A stretch of DNA of 64,000 nt from Lepidodermella squamata (taxonomy: Eukaryota; Animalia; Gastrotricha), in assembly GCA_047495785.1 (NCBI GenBank), contig JBLDXI010000029.1:3658001-3722000 (forward strand). The letters are read 5' to 3'. The notes under the pieces are model-generated. The model was not told the origin of the DNA and searched no databases. It saw only the letters and a program-made list of their open reading frames with translations. The position numbers and the translations under genes are program-made. This document shows, one piece after another, positions 23,928 through 35,100 of this stretch. Numbering within the stretch: position 1 is the stretch's first letter; every line of letters starts with the position of its first letter.

Positions 23928-26624
23928 TCAATTGCAACCTTCCGCTGGACATGCTGAAAACAAATTCCATGTCTTTCAAAGTCTTTCACTAAACCTAAAG
24001 CCTGCTGCTTACCTGAAACCTCTGAACCTGAAAATATAGTTGATAGAAGAAAAGTAAAAATGATAAAAGAAAACTCACGCGTGAAGCAATCAGGCCCTGT
24101 CCAACCAGCATCACAGGCGCACGTGTTCGGAGCAATACACTGACCGCGGCGGAAACACTTCTTAGCACAGACAGCTAAATTACATAAAATGCTCAGCTCA
24201 TTTTACAGACTCAAGCTTCGAGCTCAAGCCCCACCCTGGGGATGCGCATAAATAGCCTAAACTCACGAGCTACGCAATCTGGCGGCCGCCAGTCTGACGT
24301 ACACATGCATCGGTTAGGGCGAATGCACGTGCCACCATTTGCACAGCCATTAGGACAGACAGCTAATTCATTCGTTTATTCATTGGCAAAGCACGGCGAT
24401 TTTCGAAGATCAAACTTACGCGTATCGCACATCGTACCGACCCAGCCTGGCCCGCATGTGCAGGTATCCGGTGCCGAGCACCGTCCGCCGACGCCACAAC
24501 TTGGATTGCAAGTGGCTGCGGATGTAAATATATTCGGGAAATAAGAAACAGAAACGCTTTTTCGGCTTACGGTTGCTGCATCTCATACCGGTCCAACCGG
24601 CCTGGCAAGTGCATTTGTAGCCACTCAAGCTCCTTGGATGACTGCCACAGGTGCCAGGCAGACACTTCTCGGAACAAGTGATTCCTGTTTTTTCTTTTTA
24701 AATGCAAACCAATGGGTTATGACCCACATTTTAGTTGTTGGCTAGCTAGAATAACTCAATCTTTTTAAGACTAGTTTTTAGACAACCAGTCTTATCAGTG
24801 TGGGGTTCCAGTTTGGGGGTATCATACTCCTCCCCCAGCTCGGCCAGACAGGAGAAGAAAATGAAAACACTTAGCCCACTGATTAGTCGATTTTATGAGG
24901 TTTTAGAGCATGTTTTAGTGGAGAATATTCAACTTTCCTCGCTTCGCAGCTAAAGCCTGCTCTGATCAAAACCTCTTGAATTTGACTAATCCCTAATCAG
25001 TGGGCTAAGTTTTCATTTTCTTCATTGTCCTGCCCACCCCGACCTATAATATTCCAGTCTAGAAAGATTTCCTCACGGTTTATTATCTGGCACTGCTGTC
25101 TCAAAACGGCTAGTTGGCTGAGCGACAATGCGGCCTTGTGCAGCGACATACATGCATACTTGTTGTTGTACGATTGCAAATTATCAAGGCTTAGAAACAA
25201 ACAGACGTAGTTACCCAATATTAACCGTTTGGTTACTTAGCAGACCTTCTTCCAAAAGCCAACTTGGTGCCAACTAGCCAGGTATATTCGCCGAGTATCA
25301 GAAATGCGGTTGTATCGCAGACCATGTAGTATGAGTTGTTTCCAGCGTTGTAGACAAGCGCCACGAATTGCCATGTCGTGAAATTGCAGGACATTCTGAC
25401 TTCGGTTCCACTGCTATCGCCCATGTACAGATAATTCGGCTGATTGTCATCAGGACTAAAATAATCGTAACGCTGCATATTAGTTGTCGCACCTCCTTTG
25501 AAGTTCCATTCGAAAATATAGCTTTTCCGCGGCACAAACGCGAAACCGGCGATTGTGTCGTGGTTCCGCTCGGTTGTTAGCCGGCCGGGGCTGTCTTTCC
25601 GATGGCGCCGTACCGCTTACCTGGCGCTCGTTCGTTCCATCGCCACATTTGGCTTTGTGTCCTTTGCGTCTGCTGCGAAGACCCAGCTCCGCCGCCTGGA
25701 CGTGCTTCAAAATAACTGTCTGCGCGCCATTCTCCGTGTCCGTCTCGATGATCGTGTTCGTGTTAGTGCGCTGGAGCAGCGCTGTCGCCTGCCCAGTCTT
25801 TCGTCGCACTTACAAGCCGTCCAGTGCCGCTATGCCGACAACGTCGTCCGCTTTGTACTGCCGCTTCGCGAGGACATTGAGTCTGTTCGGCTTTACGCGT
25901 CGCCGCCAGTGAAGTCGCCTGTTTTCCTTCTCAACGCTCGCCTGCCGCCCGGCCCTCTCCCTGCCCCCCAGTGTTAGTCTCCCTCCTCTGTCTTCTTCCC
26001 TTCCTGCTTATTTTCTTATCTCCTCTCCTTCCGTCCCCTACTTTCTGTCTCTGCTTTCTTACCACTAGTCACTAGTCTTCTGTCTTATGTATTTCACTGT
26101 GTCTGATAATCCGCTCCTGGTGATAACTTCAGTGTGTGCCCGTCCGATGTTCTGAGTGGCGCACTGTCCCGGACAAGCGCCTTGTCGTCTTGTGCCCGCG
26201 CCTTTTTTTTTCATCCCTTCCATCCTTTATATTTTCGTTTTTCGTTAGGCCTGATTAATTTGCTGAAAAAAAGGACACAATAAAAAGCTTTTCGTTCGCT
26301 TTTCGTGAATGTAGATGTACCCATGTCGACTCTGGCGTCGTTAATTTCGATCCAACTTGTATTGTCGGCTTTGTTCACCTCCCAAGCTGTTTTAGGTGCT
26401 CCGAAGGGTCCGTCCACCAAAACTCCGGGGTTTGTACTGAACACAGCATCAACCGAACTGCCGGAAATGTCACTCACGGCGAACTCCTCGTTGAGCGGCC
26501 AAAAGGCTACTAGATTCGGAGAATTAGCAGTTAGATTAAGCCGAAATTGCGTGATATTCAGCCCATAAGCTTCAGTGAACAAGCAAATAGTCATGAAAAA
26601 ACTGGAGCAGGTGAATGAGCTCAT
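23928..26624 (-). pseudogene. LamG + EGF paralogue 3, exon 1 disrupted by a LINE insertion
   Basis: ...VDMGTSTFT / insertion / IAGFAFVPRKSYIFEW...; downstream EGF exons are intact and match paralogue 2. Confidence 0.8.
25558..26304 (+). mobile_element. 5'-truncated non-LTR retrotransposon (C-terminal RT region + 3' UTR)
   Basis: AYLALVRS..FG......LRRLDVLQNNCLRAIL...LPSL resembles the post-RT region of LINE ORF2; pyrimidine-rich UTR, AATAAA then a TTCG-like tail; GTG repeated at both junctions. Confidence 0.85.
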
Positions 26625-27543
26625 TTTTTCCGGGAGATACAAAATTTCAGCATAGAAATAATTGCTCATCCTTCTCGCAAATATATATGGCAATGCGCAT
26701 CATAAATGTTGAATGAACCAACGCCAACGCTTTCGCAGGGTTCGCAAAACTCGCAGCAATCCTGCATGTTTGGAGCCAGCGATGCAAAACCAGACGAATT
26801 TTATCTTCTTTACGCGTGTCGTAGTTTATCGAATTCAAATGCACGTCTGAGCAAAAATGGTCATCAAAGCAAACACAAAAATAAAAAAGAAGAACGAAAA
26901 AGTATGACAAGACCCAGTTTCCCTGAATGTCTCGCGCGTGCTTTACCTGTAACATTCTTAAGCCGAGCATGGTTTCGGGCTGCGCTGAAAACTTGAAATA
27001 GGGTCCTCCTTTTAGCGGGACCAAATTTTGAAATTTTCTGTGGCCTGAAATCGCTTCTCGGGAATTTCTTGCGGGCCAAGATTGACCGCAATAATTGTGG
27101 AAAAATCACCAGCAAATTCAGCGTAACATTCTCTCGAAGACTGAGTATTCAATGCTTCGCCTAAAATTCGTAAAATCGTTCAAAAATGAATCTTGGCATA
27201 TAATTCGACTTAGTTTCCTAAGAAAAGAAGAAAGGTCCAAACGGTCTTTCCCAATTTCGTAGGTAATGTAACGATTTTTCCAACTGATAGCATCTCCCAA
27301 CCTCAAAGAAATGGTTATTTAACGTAGAAAAACCCAGTTTTGTTCATTCGGTAATTTTTCTGTATTTCACCTGGTTTTGAACTGTTATAAAATTCCGATC
27401 AAACGATAGATGTCAGAACTGCAAATTTTATTATCGGAAAAGCTAGTGCTGGATCCTCAAACTTAGGGCTACACCACCTATTGGAATAAACTCTCATAAA
27501 ATTACGCGAAAATTATCGAAAAATGTGGTGTAATTTATTTCAT

Positions 27544-28663
27544 TTATTCAGCACCATTTAGGTCGAACAAGTAATTATAAGTCCTAATTAGCGAGTCATT
27601 TTTCGGCTGTTGAACAATTTTCGGTAGATAATTGTACTTTTTCGCAATTTTACGCCGCCGCCCGCCCGACGGGTAGCAGTACGAAAACGACAGCATAACA
27701 CTAGGCGGGTTGTCGATAAAATATCGATTCAAATGCGCCTGTTCGTGAAATCTCGCAATAATGCGCTTCTCAACATCAGCTCGAACGTTTTTCGCTAAAT
27801 CTCGCCACAACGCCATAACGCGGTGATTTCGCCCGCCGTAGAAGCAACCCGTGTAGTAGGTTTTCGTGTTCTTCTCAGTTGGACTCACGTAGGCGGTTGA
27901 TTGGGTTTCATTTCGCTCGAGGCAGTCGTCCCATTTCGACGAGAGAATGCCGGATTGGCACATGTCCTTAGTCCCGACTAGGTCGCCCAAAATTTCATAG
28001 CCAACATCGTCGTCGAAATACATTTCGGCATCGAGGGAATAGAAAAATTCATATTTCTGTGGAAAAAAAATTTAAATTTAAAAATATAAATTTGAATTGA
28101 AAATTGAATAAAATAATATTATGAAAAATCATTGAAAAATATCATTGAAAAATTTGAAAATTAAAAATTGAATAAGTTTGGAAAAATTCTGAAATTGATG
28201 GAAAAAATGTAATTTTAAATTAAAATTTAAAATTTTTTGGATTTATTTAAATTAAGGAAAAATGAAATAAAATTACATCAATAAGATGATTTGAGCCGAT
28301 AAATTTGAAGTAAATTTCAGGTCGATAAATGCTGGCACCGGGCCAGCCCAAATTTGGCTGGTAAACATAGGTCACCCTGGTGGTGTTTGCCACGCCTCGT
28401 TTCGCATCAGTGAATATGTAAAAATGATGCTCGGCCACGTTTTTTAACAGATGTTGCTCAGCTGTTCGTAGAAGCCGCTTTGTTAGCGGGAAATATTTGC
28501 CAGTTGCCATGACGAAAATCGCGAGTTTTGGCTTGGCAATTCCAGGCGAGACGATTTCATCGGCTGATTTTACATCGTTGCCATTTCGGAGAAATACGCA
28601 ATAGAAAACAACAATGGCAAGCGCTAAAAGGATGAATTTGCTCGGTCTAGCCTTTAACTCCAT
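27544..28663 (-). CDS. Glycosyltransferase family 6 (ABO/alpha-1,3-Gal(NAc)T-like), 2 exons (28663-28277, 28056-27544)
   Basis: TM anchor; AIFVMATGKY, FYIFTD, GWP, LDAEM, YYTGCFYGG, FHEQAHLNRYF, YCYP; phase-0 intron. Confidence 0.85.
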
Positions 28664-29288
28664 CCGTGTAGATTGATTAAAATACGGTTGTGAAAAAATT
28701 AAGGAGGAGAAATGAATTTTTTCTATTTTAGCATTCATAAAATCGATCCACCTAAATGATCGCGTGGATTTTGTGCGCGCGATATCGTGAGAAAATTGGT
28801 CATTAATTTTTCTAAATTCCTGGTGTTTTCTTTGTTTCGGAATTGAGACCGATCGATCAAATCGGCCAAAATTAGATTTTTCTTCAATATTTCTTTGATG
28901 AATTTCAAGTAAAGAAAGTTCCAAAGCGTCGATCGTTTTCATATCGTTGGAATTTAAATTGTCCGAAATGAGGTCACTTTGGAATTTCACGAATTTTCAA
29001 AACAATTAAAAAAAATCCAACGAGACGAAATCGCTTTATTGCACATTGCGCTATGTGATATAGATTTCAAATATCGATCTTACCAATCAGAGATTTTTCC
29101 AAATTAATTATCCATTCTACAGCTGAAAGCACCCGGAAAATGAAATGAAAAATCCCAAGGTCATGGAAGACATCAATTTCGATCAAGAAAATAAAACGCC
29201 GAAAAAATCGAAAAAATTATTGCGGGGCGCGATTTTTCATCCCCAATATTGCGCCTAAATATTCCAAGGGTGTGCCAAGTGCGCAACC

Positions 29289-29660
29289 TAGGTTTCCAGC
29301 ACTAGATTTTCTCGGGTTTCTAGTCCTCACTAGAATCTCAAATTTTGTGTTATCATACATAACCGATATACCTTCATATCACGCGTTTTTCGCGCTATAA
29401 ACGGTCAGTTTACGAATGATAATTCATCCTACAGAGCCGATATCGATTCCAAGTATTGATTTCACAAATCAGTGATTTTCCCGATATCAGGCGTCTTGGA
29501 ACCCAATGTCGATATAATTTTCTGCGTAACTTAGGGCACCATGTAGCCAGAAGGAAAAATCCTAGGTTCTGCGAAGGTATCAATATCGATCAACAAACGA
29601 AAACACCGAAATCGCAAAGAATCATCGCAAAGAATCACCGAAATAGTGCGGGAACCTCAT
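29289..29660 (+). repeat. Dispersed repeat / MITE-like element, copy 2
   Basis: Similar to 22331-22670; imperfect TIR TAGGTTTCCAGCACTA / TAGTGCGGGAACCTCA. Confidence 0.65.
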
Positions 29661-29790
29661 TTTTAGTGGCGCTAATGTTAGGACCCATATATTTGATCTC
29701 GCTGAAATTTTAATTGATTTTTTACCGTGGTTTTCCGAACCCTTTTATCAAGTAAAAAGAAGGACTCTATCATACATTTTCGAACACATT

Positions 29791-30805
29791 TTATTCCAAT
29801 CCACCATAATCTCTGAGTAATTGTTGTAAACCACGATATCCACGGCGTTTCGCGTACCAAGAAGCCGTTCGATTTTCGTTATTTCTCACATTCACCTCAG
29901 CGCCTCTTTCCAGCAGTAAACGAACGCAATCCTTCTGGTTCGATTTAGCCGCTATTACTAGCGCAGTGTCGCCTAAATTATCCTTCGCCTCGATAATTGA
30001 CACAATTTTTTCGTCACTCAACTCATCTAGCAATAATTTCGCCATTTCCACATGACCTTTAGCCACGGCTATCATCAACGCAGTTTGCCGGTCGAATGCG
30101 CTTTGAAGCAATTGATTTGTGCCGTTTTCAAGGAGAAACTTCGCGATGGGGATGTGGTTGAAACCAGCCGCGGTCATTAAGGCGGTTTGCCCGGTTATTT
30201 TTTCGAATGCGTCCATTTTTGCGCCATTTTTAAGGGCTGTTTTCACAGCTTCGACTCGACCAAACGTCGCAGCAGTAAAAAGCTGGAACTGAGCCCGATC
30301 GTCCTAAATGCATTAAAACTTGAGCATTACGAAGATCAGATCGAAATGTGAAGAAAAATAATCTCAATTTTTTGGAAAAATATTTTGAAAAACTTGACAA
30401 AAATTGAAAAAATATTTAGGAATTCTTTAAACTAAAATTGTCTTAAATTGAATTGAAAAATCATAATAAAAGGAATAATACGAAAATTAAAATGGATCAA
30501 ATTTGATTTTTTTTAAACCTTGATTTGTAAAAATTAAAAATCGGCCTTAAAATATTTCAGAAATTTACCTTGTAAGTTTCAGTTGCGTTATTGTAAGAAT
30601 CCGCGGCAGCTTTTGCCGTATTGATGGCGAAATCCATGTCGATTTCTTTCACCTAAGAAAAAGAAAAAGAAGGAAACATTATTGCCAAGAATCGAGCTTC
30701 AGCCAGATTTTTTACCGCATTTTTGTTACAGGCCTGCGATTGTTCAGCTATAAAAATTGCTGCGAAGATCAGGGTGTTCGCAACTTTTCTCCCGAAAGAA
30801 TTCAT
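29791..30805 (-). CDS. Ankyrin-repeat protein with a signal-peptide-like N-terminus (3 exons)
   Basis: GQTALMTAA, RQTALMIAV, GDTALVIAA repeats; exons 30805-~30716, ~30652-30569, ~30303-29791. Confidence 0.8.
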
Positions 30806-31504
30806 CGTAATGAATAGAGCTGGTTTAAATGTCGAGATTTCGACGTTTTTAAACACCATATAACATTCCTGAGCTGCGTTTTTATGCTAATTAAATAAAA
30901 AATCTCCAAAACGTTTTGCGACTTGCGATTCGTGAATGAGGAATTCCTAAAACAATTAACCAGTTTGTATCTATTTCGGAATTAACCCGTAACAAAAATG
31001 TGACCAATTACAGGGTCGGAATTATCAGGAATGTGAGAGAAAATCAGAAGAAATGCATAGCCCGAATTGGTAAGGAAACCCCGTAAGAAAAGGCCGTTGC
31101 ATATGCAAATGAGCATCGGGCCTCCAATAAATTATCCGCCAATCGTCCGAAGTTACTCAAAAGCACGTTTGATAAATTGCCAAAAATCAGCTAAAAATCG
31201 AGAAAACTCTCAAAATTTGCTGGGAAATGAGGAAGAATCCACATTTGCTTGAATTTTGAAGGAAATTCTCCATCCATCAATACTAACCCCAAGTTGTGCC
31301 TAAAAAAACGACAGACCGTCATAACAGCAAATACCCAAAACAGCAAACGCGACAAAACAGCAACATTTTCAACTTGCGACATAACAGCAGAAACACGATG
31401 CATCTTTCACATAGTAAGTTGTTGCTGTTTTGTCGCATTCGCTGTTTCGCGAAATTGCTGTTTTTTCGCCGTACCTAAAAACCCTGACCCCAGAATATGT
31501 CTAA

Positions 31505-31708
31505 TGTGGAGTAGGTAAAATTCATCCTGCCTTGTCTGGGCCCGCAGTTAAAGGTCCAAGTGTTGACGCCTAAAAATGCTATGGGGTACGTGAACTGAAT
31601 TAATTCGAGTTGAAATATTAAAGTAATGAGTGAAACCTGTCATCGAGTCCAATTTTTGATGCACAAAGCTCTTCAATTTTATTTCATCAATACTGTTCTA
31701 ATACCGAG
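31505..31708 (+). repeat. 204 bp host flank duplicated at 49515-49718
   Basis: Identical sequence TGTGGAGTAGG...ATACCGAG on both sides of the LTR array. Confidence 0.95.
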
Positions 31709-31992
31709 TGTGACCCTGGCGCATGGACAACTAATTGTCTATTCTGAAGGATCATCACCAGGCAAAGCTAAGCAACAGTAACTGTTTATGCCACGCTACC
31801 AGGAGACGCTAACAACAAACCAATAACAAACCAACAACAATCCAACAACAGAAGCTTCTAGAAGCTCCCAGCCCCTCAGCCGCTGCCTATATAAACTTCC
31901 TCATTTGTGTGATAAAGTACTACTCACCAGAGTATATTAATAAAGCACTTGCTTAGCCAATCCAGTCTCTTGTAACCCTGAACCCAGTTACA
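31709..31992 (+). repeat. 5' LTR
   Basis: TGTGAC...GTTACA termini; TATATAAA 31888-31895; AATAAA 31939-31944. Confidence 0.97.
31850..31864 (+). promoter_or_regulatory. Putative heat-shock element in the LTR
   Basis: aGAAg-cTTCt-aGAAg, three perfect alternating nGAAn units 24 bp upstream of the TATA box (also 41259-41273). Confidence 0.6.
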
Positions 31993-31996
31993 TAAC

Positions 31997-32009
31997 TGGT
32001 GGCAGCGGT
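31997..32009 (+). promoter_or_regulatory. Primer-binding site, tRNA-Leu type
   Basis: TGGTGGCAGCGGT is complementary to the eukaryotic tRNA-Leu 3' end (..ACCGCTGCCACCA); lies 4 nt after the LTR. Confidence 0.8.
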
Positions 32010-32135
32010 TGGTCTAGTAGCCCTCCGCTCTCAGCTCTCAGAAATTTTAAAACCGCGATAACTCTCTAGTCCCTACTTGTCTTCTCGTCAAAAGCATCAA
32101 CTTCGCCATTCATAAGGTAGTTATCCTTCCTCAAG

Positions 32136-35100
32136 GTGACCACCAGGGCAAAGTATCAGGAACAAGGGATTCCCTTGAAGGACGGTAAGACACCTCCAAA
32201 AGCAGCAAAACCCAAGACTAACAAACGGGCAGTGGATAACCTTAAAGAAGAACCTTTGGAAGAGGGAACCCTAGAGAATCTATTGCTCCCCACAGAAAAC
32301 TCTTCTTTAACCAAGAGCTCACCGAACCCGCAGGAACAGCGGCCTAGCTTCTTGCAAGCAGCAGGAAAATTTATAGCAAACAGCTTAAAGCGATCAAGCA
32401 CGATCAGAGAAGACGAGTCACCCAAGGTCGCGAACGTCGTTAACGAACCAACTATCAACTATCCACCAACTCCAAAAGGAAAGAAAAGTCTATCGTCCAA
32501 AGTAGTAAAGAAGACGGCAATGGCAGACTACAAAATACCAGCGTCAGTAACCTTCAAACATATCGAACCATTCGACGTTTCATCAGTGGCACGATTCGAG
32601 GAATCATTCGCAAAATTTGAAGCCGCAGCAAGAGCGGCTGGGGCCAAAGAGCCGGCGGCGGGCACCGACCCGTTCGCCGAAGGTGACAAACGTCTGACAT
32701 TTGGAGGCGCACGAACAATGGTCCGCTGCCTCCTGCCGGTACAGTACCAGGAAGATTGGCAGGACAGCTTTCTGGACCAACTCACAACTTACTCAAAAAT
32801 CCGGCAGAAAATTATGGAAGTGGTGGGACTTAACGTCAATAAACAAGCTCAACGCGAGGCGTTCGTCAAACGACGCCAACAGAAAGGCGAGACACCAAGA
32901 GAATTTCAACGAGAGCTGAAGCGGCTGGGGAAATGGGCGGAGATGACCGACGACGCGGGCTTCAGCAAGCTGCTAGCAGACACGTTTAAGGCGGGACTCC
33001 AACGAGAGTACCGCGCGTTCATCTACGACCATCCAGATGAGGACGAGCCGATCAACAACGACGATCCCAATTGGCTTCTCCAACAATGCGACAAATACGA
33101 TCAAAGAAAGCAGATCGTGGGCGAGGAACTGCTTGGTATCCATCAATTGTCAATAACAGACTCGGAGAAAACCTGCTACGGGTGCCAACAAAAAGGACAC
33201 ATACGGCGGAATTGCCCAAACCAAAGGCAGCAAGTTGCGCGCGGCGGACCCCCTCGTCAGATTCGATGGCCAATGAACCAATTAAGAACGAGTAACTACC
33301 GAAACGGTACAACAAAAGATTGCTGCTGTTACAACTGCGGACGGCCGGGACACTACGCAAAAGACTGCAGAGCCTCGGGGAACCAGGACGGCAACGGAAG
33401 GTTTCGACAGCCAACCACAACGCCAAGAAGAAACCCACCACCAGGTCAGAGAAGATACTTCCCGGTTCGCATGCTAGCGGTAAATAGCCTGGGGGACAGA
33501 AGTATGACCTTGGATGCTCAAGCAAATGGGAAAACCGTGCGATTCGTGGTCGACACGGGAGCGGCGGTTAGCGCAATCAGAGCCGATCTGGTTGATCCAA
33601 GAAAAGTGGCAATGCGTGAAATGGCGGCAGTAAACGCGGATGGGTCCGAAGCCACGATAAAAGGACAAGCATCTATCGAACTGGCTGCGGGACCGTTCAA
33701 AACAAAACAACCGTTCGTCGTAATGGAGGCGCTAAATGCGGAAGGCCTCCTAGGGTTCGACTTCATCAAAGACAATGGTATCATAGTCGACATACCACGG
33801 AACAGACTGTTGTGGAACCACACGGTGATACCCTGCAAGGCAACACAAGGCCCCGCAGCATTACGACTCCCGATGAGGGCAGTACGTATGGCACAAGAAC
33901 AAATCATTCCGCCGGGGGCAAGGTCAACCGTGCTGTGTAGCGTTCCAATGGTTAAGGACGGCGAGACGGTCCTCTTCAAGCCGGAAAACTCCATGGGCAA
34001 CGAAGAACCGACCTTGGTTTACGGACACACGGTGGATACGGTCAAGGACGGGAAGGTGCGCGTAACAGTCTTTAATATCGGCACCAACCCAGAGAAAATA
34101 CGCCCAATGACAGCCATCGGATGCGTGGAAAAAGTCGACAACAGCCAAATAAGGGCGACAAGGCGAAACGACACGCAAGGAAGTGGGGAACCCAAAGTCG
34201 ACCTGTCATCAAAAATGCTGACGGAGAACCAGCGCCGCCAGGTCAGAAATTTGATAAAAAGATACGCTGACATTTTCAGCAAGGACGACGACGAAGTCGG
34301 ACATTGCCCCTTCATCGAGCATAAGATCCGAGTATCAGGACCTCCGTTTCGACAACCACTCCGGCGCTCTACACATGAAGAACGCGAGATCATGCGCCGC
34401 GAGGTAGAAAGAATGGAACGAATGAAGGTCATAAGACCAAGCAACAGTAGTTGGGCAAGCGCAGTATGTTTGGTTAGAAAGAAGGACGGCAAGTACCGTT
34501 TCGCGATCGATTACCGCGTCCTAAACAAGCGGGTACACGAAGCAGGGTACGCAGACCCATTCCCATTACCAAGAATCGACGACACTCTCGAGGCGCTGGG
34601 CGGAGCAGCCTACTTTTCAACGTTCGACCTTCAATCAGGGTACTGGAACGTCCCGATGGAAGAGAAGTCGAAGGCGTATTCGGCGTTCATAACACCATGG
34701 GGCCTATTCGAATGGAAGTCATGCCCTTTGGATTGTCCAACGCCCCGGCAACGTTTCAACGACTAATGCAGTACGTATTCCACGGAATACTCTTCGAAGA
34801 AGTCCTGATCTACTTGGACGACATCATCGTCTTCTCCAAATCATTCGAGGAGCACATGGTACGCCTCGAGCATACGTTCGAAAGAATCCGAAAAGCGGGA
34901 CTCAAAATGAAGCCGTCAAAATGCCACATCGCTCAGGAAGAGGTCGAATTCCTGGGATACCTGGTATCCGGAAAAGGCGTCCGACCCGACCCTAAGAAGA
35001 CAGCTCCGGTCATCGACTACCCGGTACCTAAAGACGTGTCTCAAGTAAGGTCGTTTCTGGGCGTATGTTCCTACTATCGACGGTTCATCAAAAATTTCGC

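Noticed and set aside
26095-26275. Possible hammerhead ribozyme in the LINE 3' UTR
   Set aside because: No CUGANGA...GAAA core with matching stems found by eye
34697-34766. Programmed frameshift between gag-pro and pol
   Set aside because: The break is inside RT and copy 2 is a continuous ORF; it is a mutation or sequencing error
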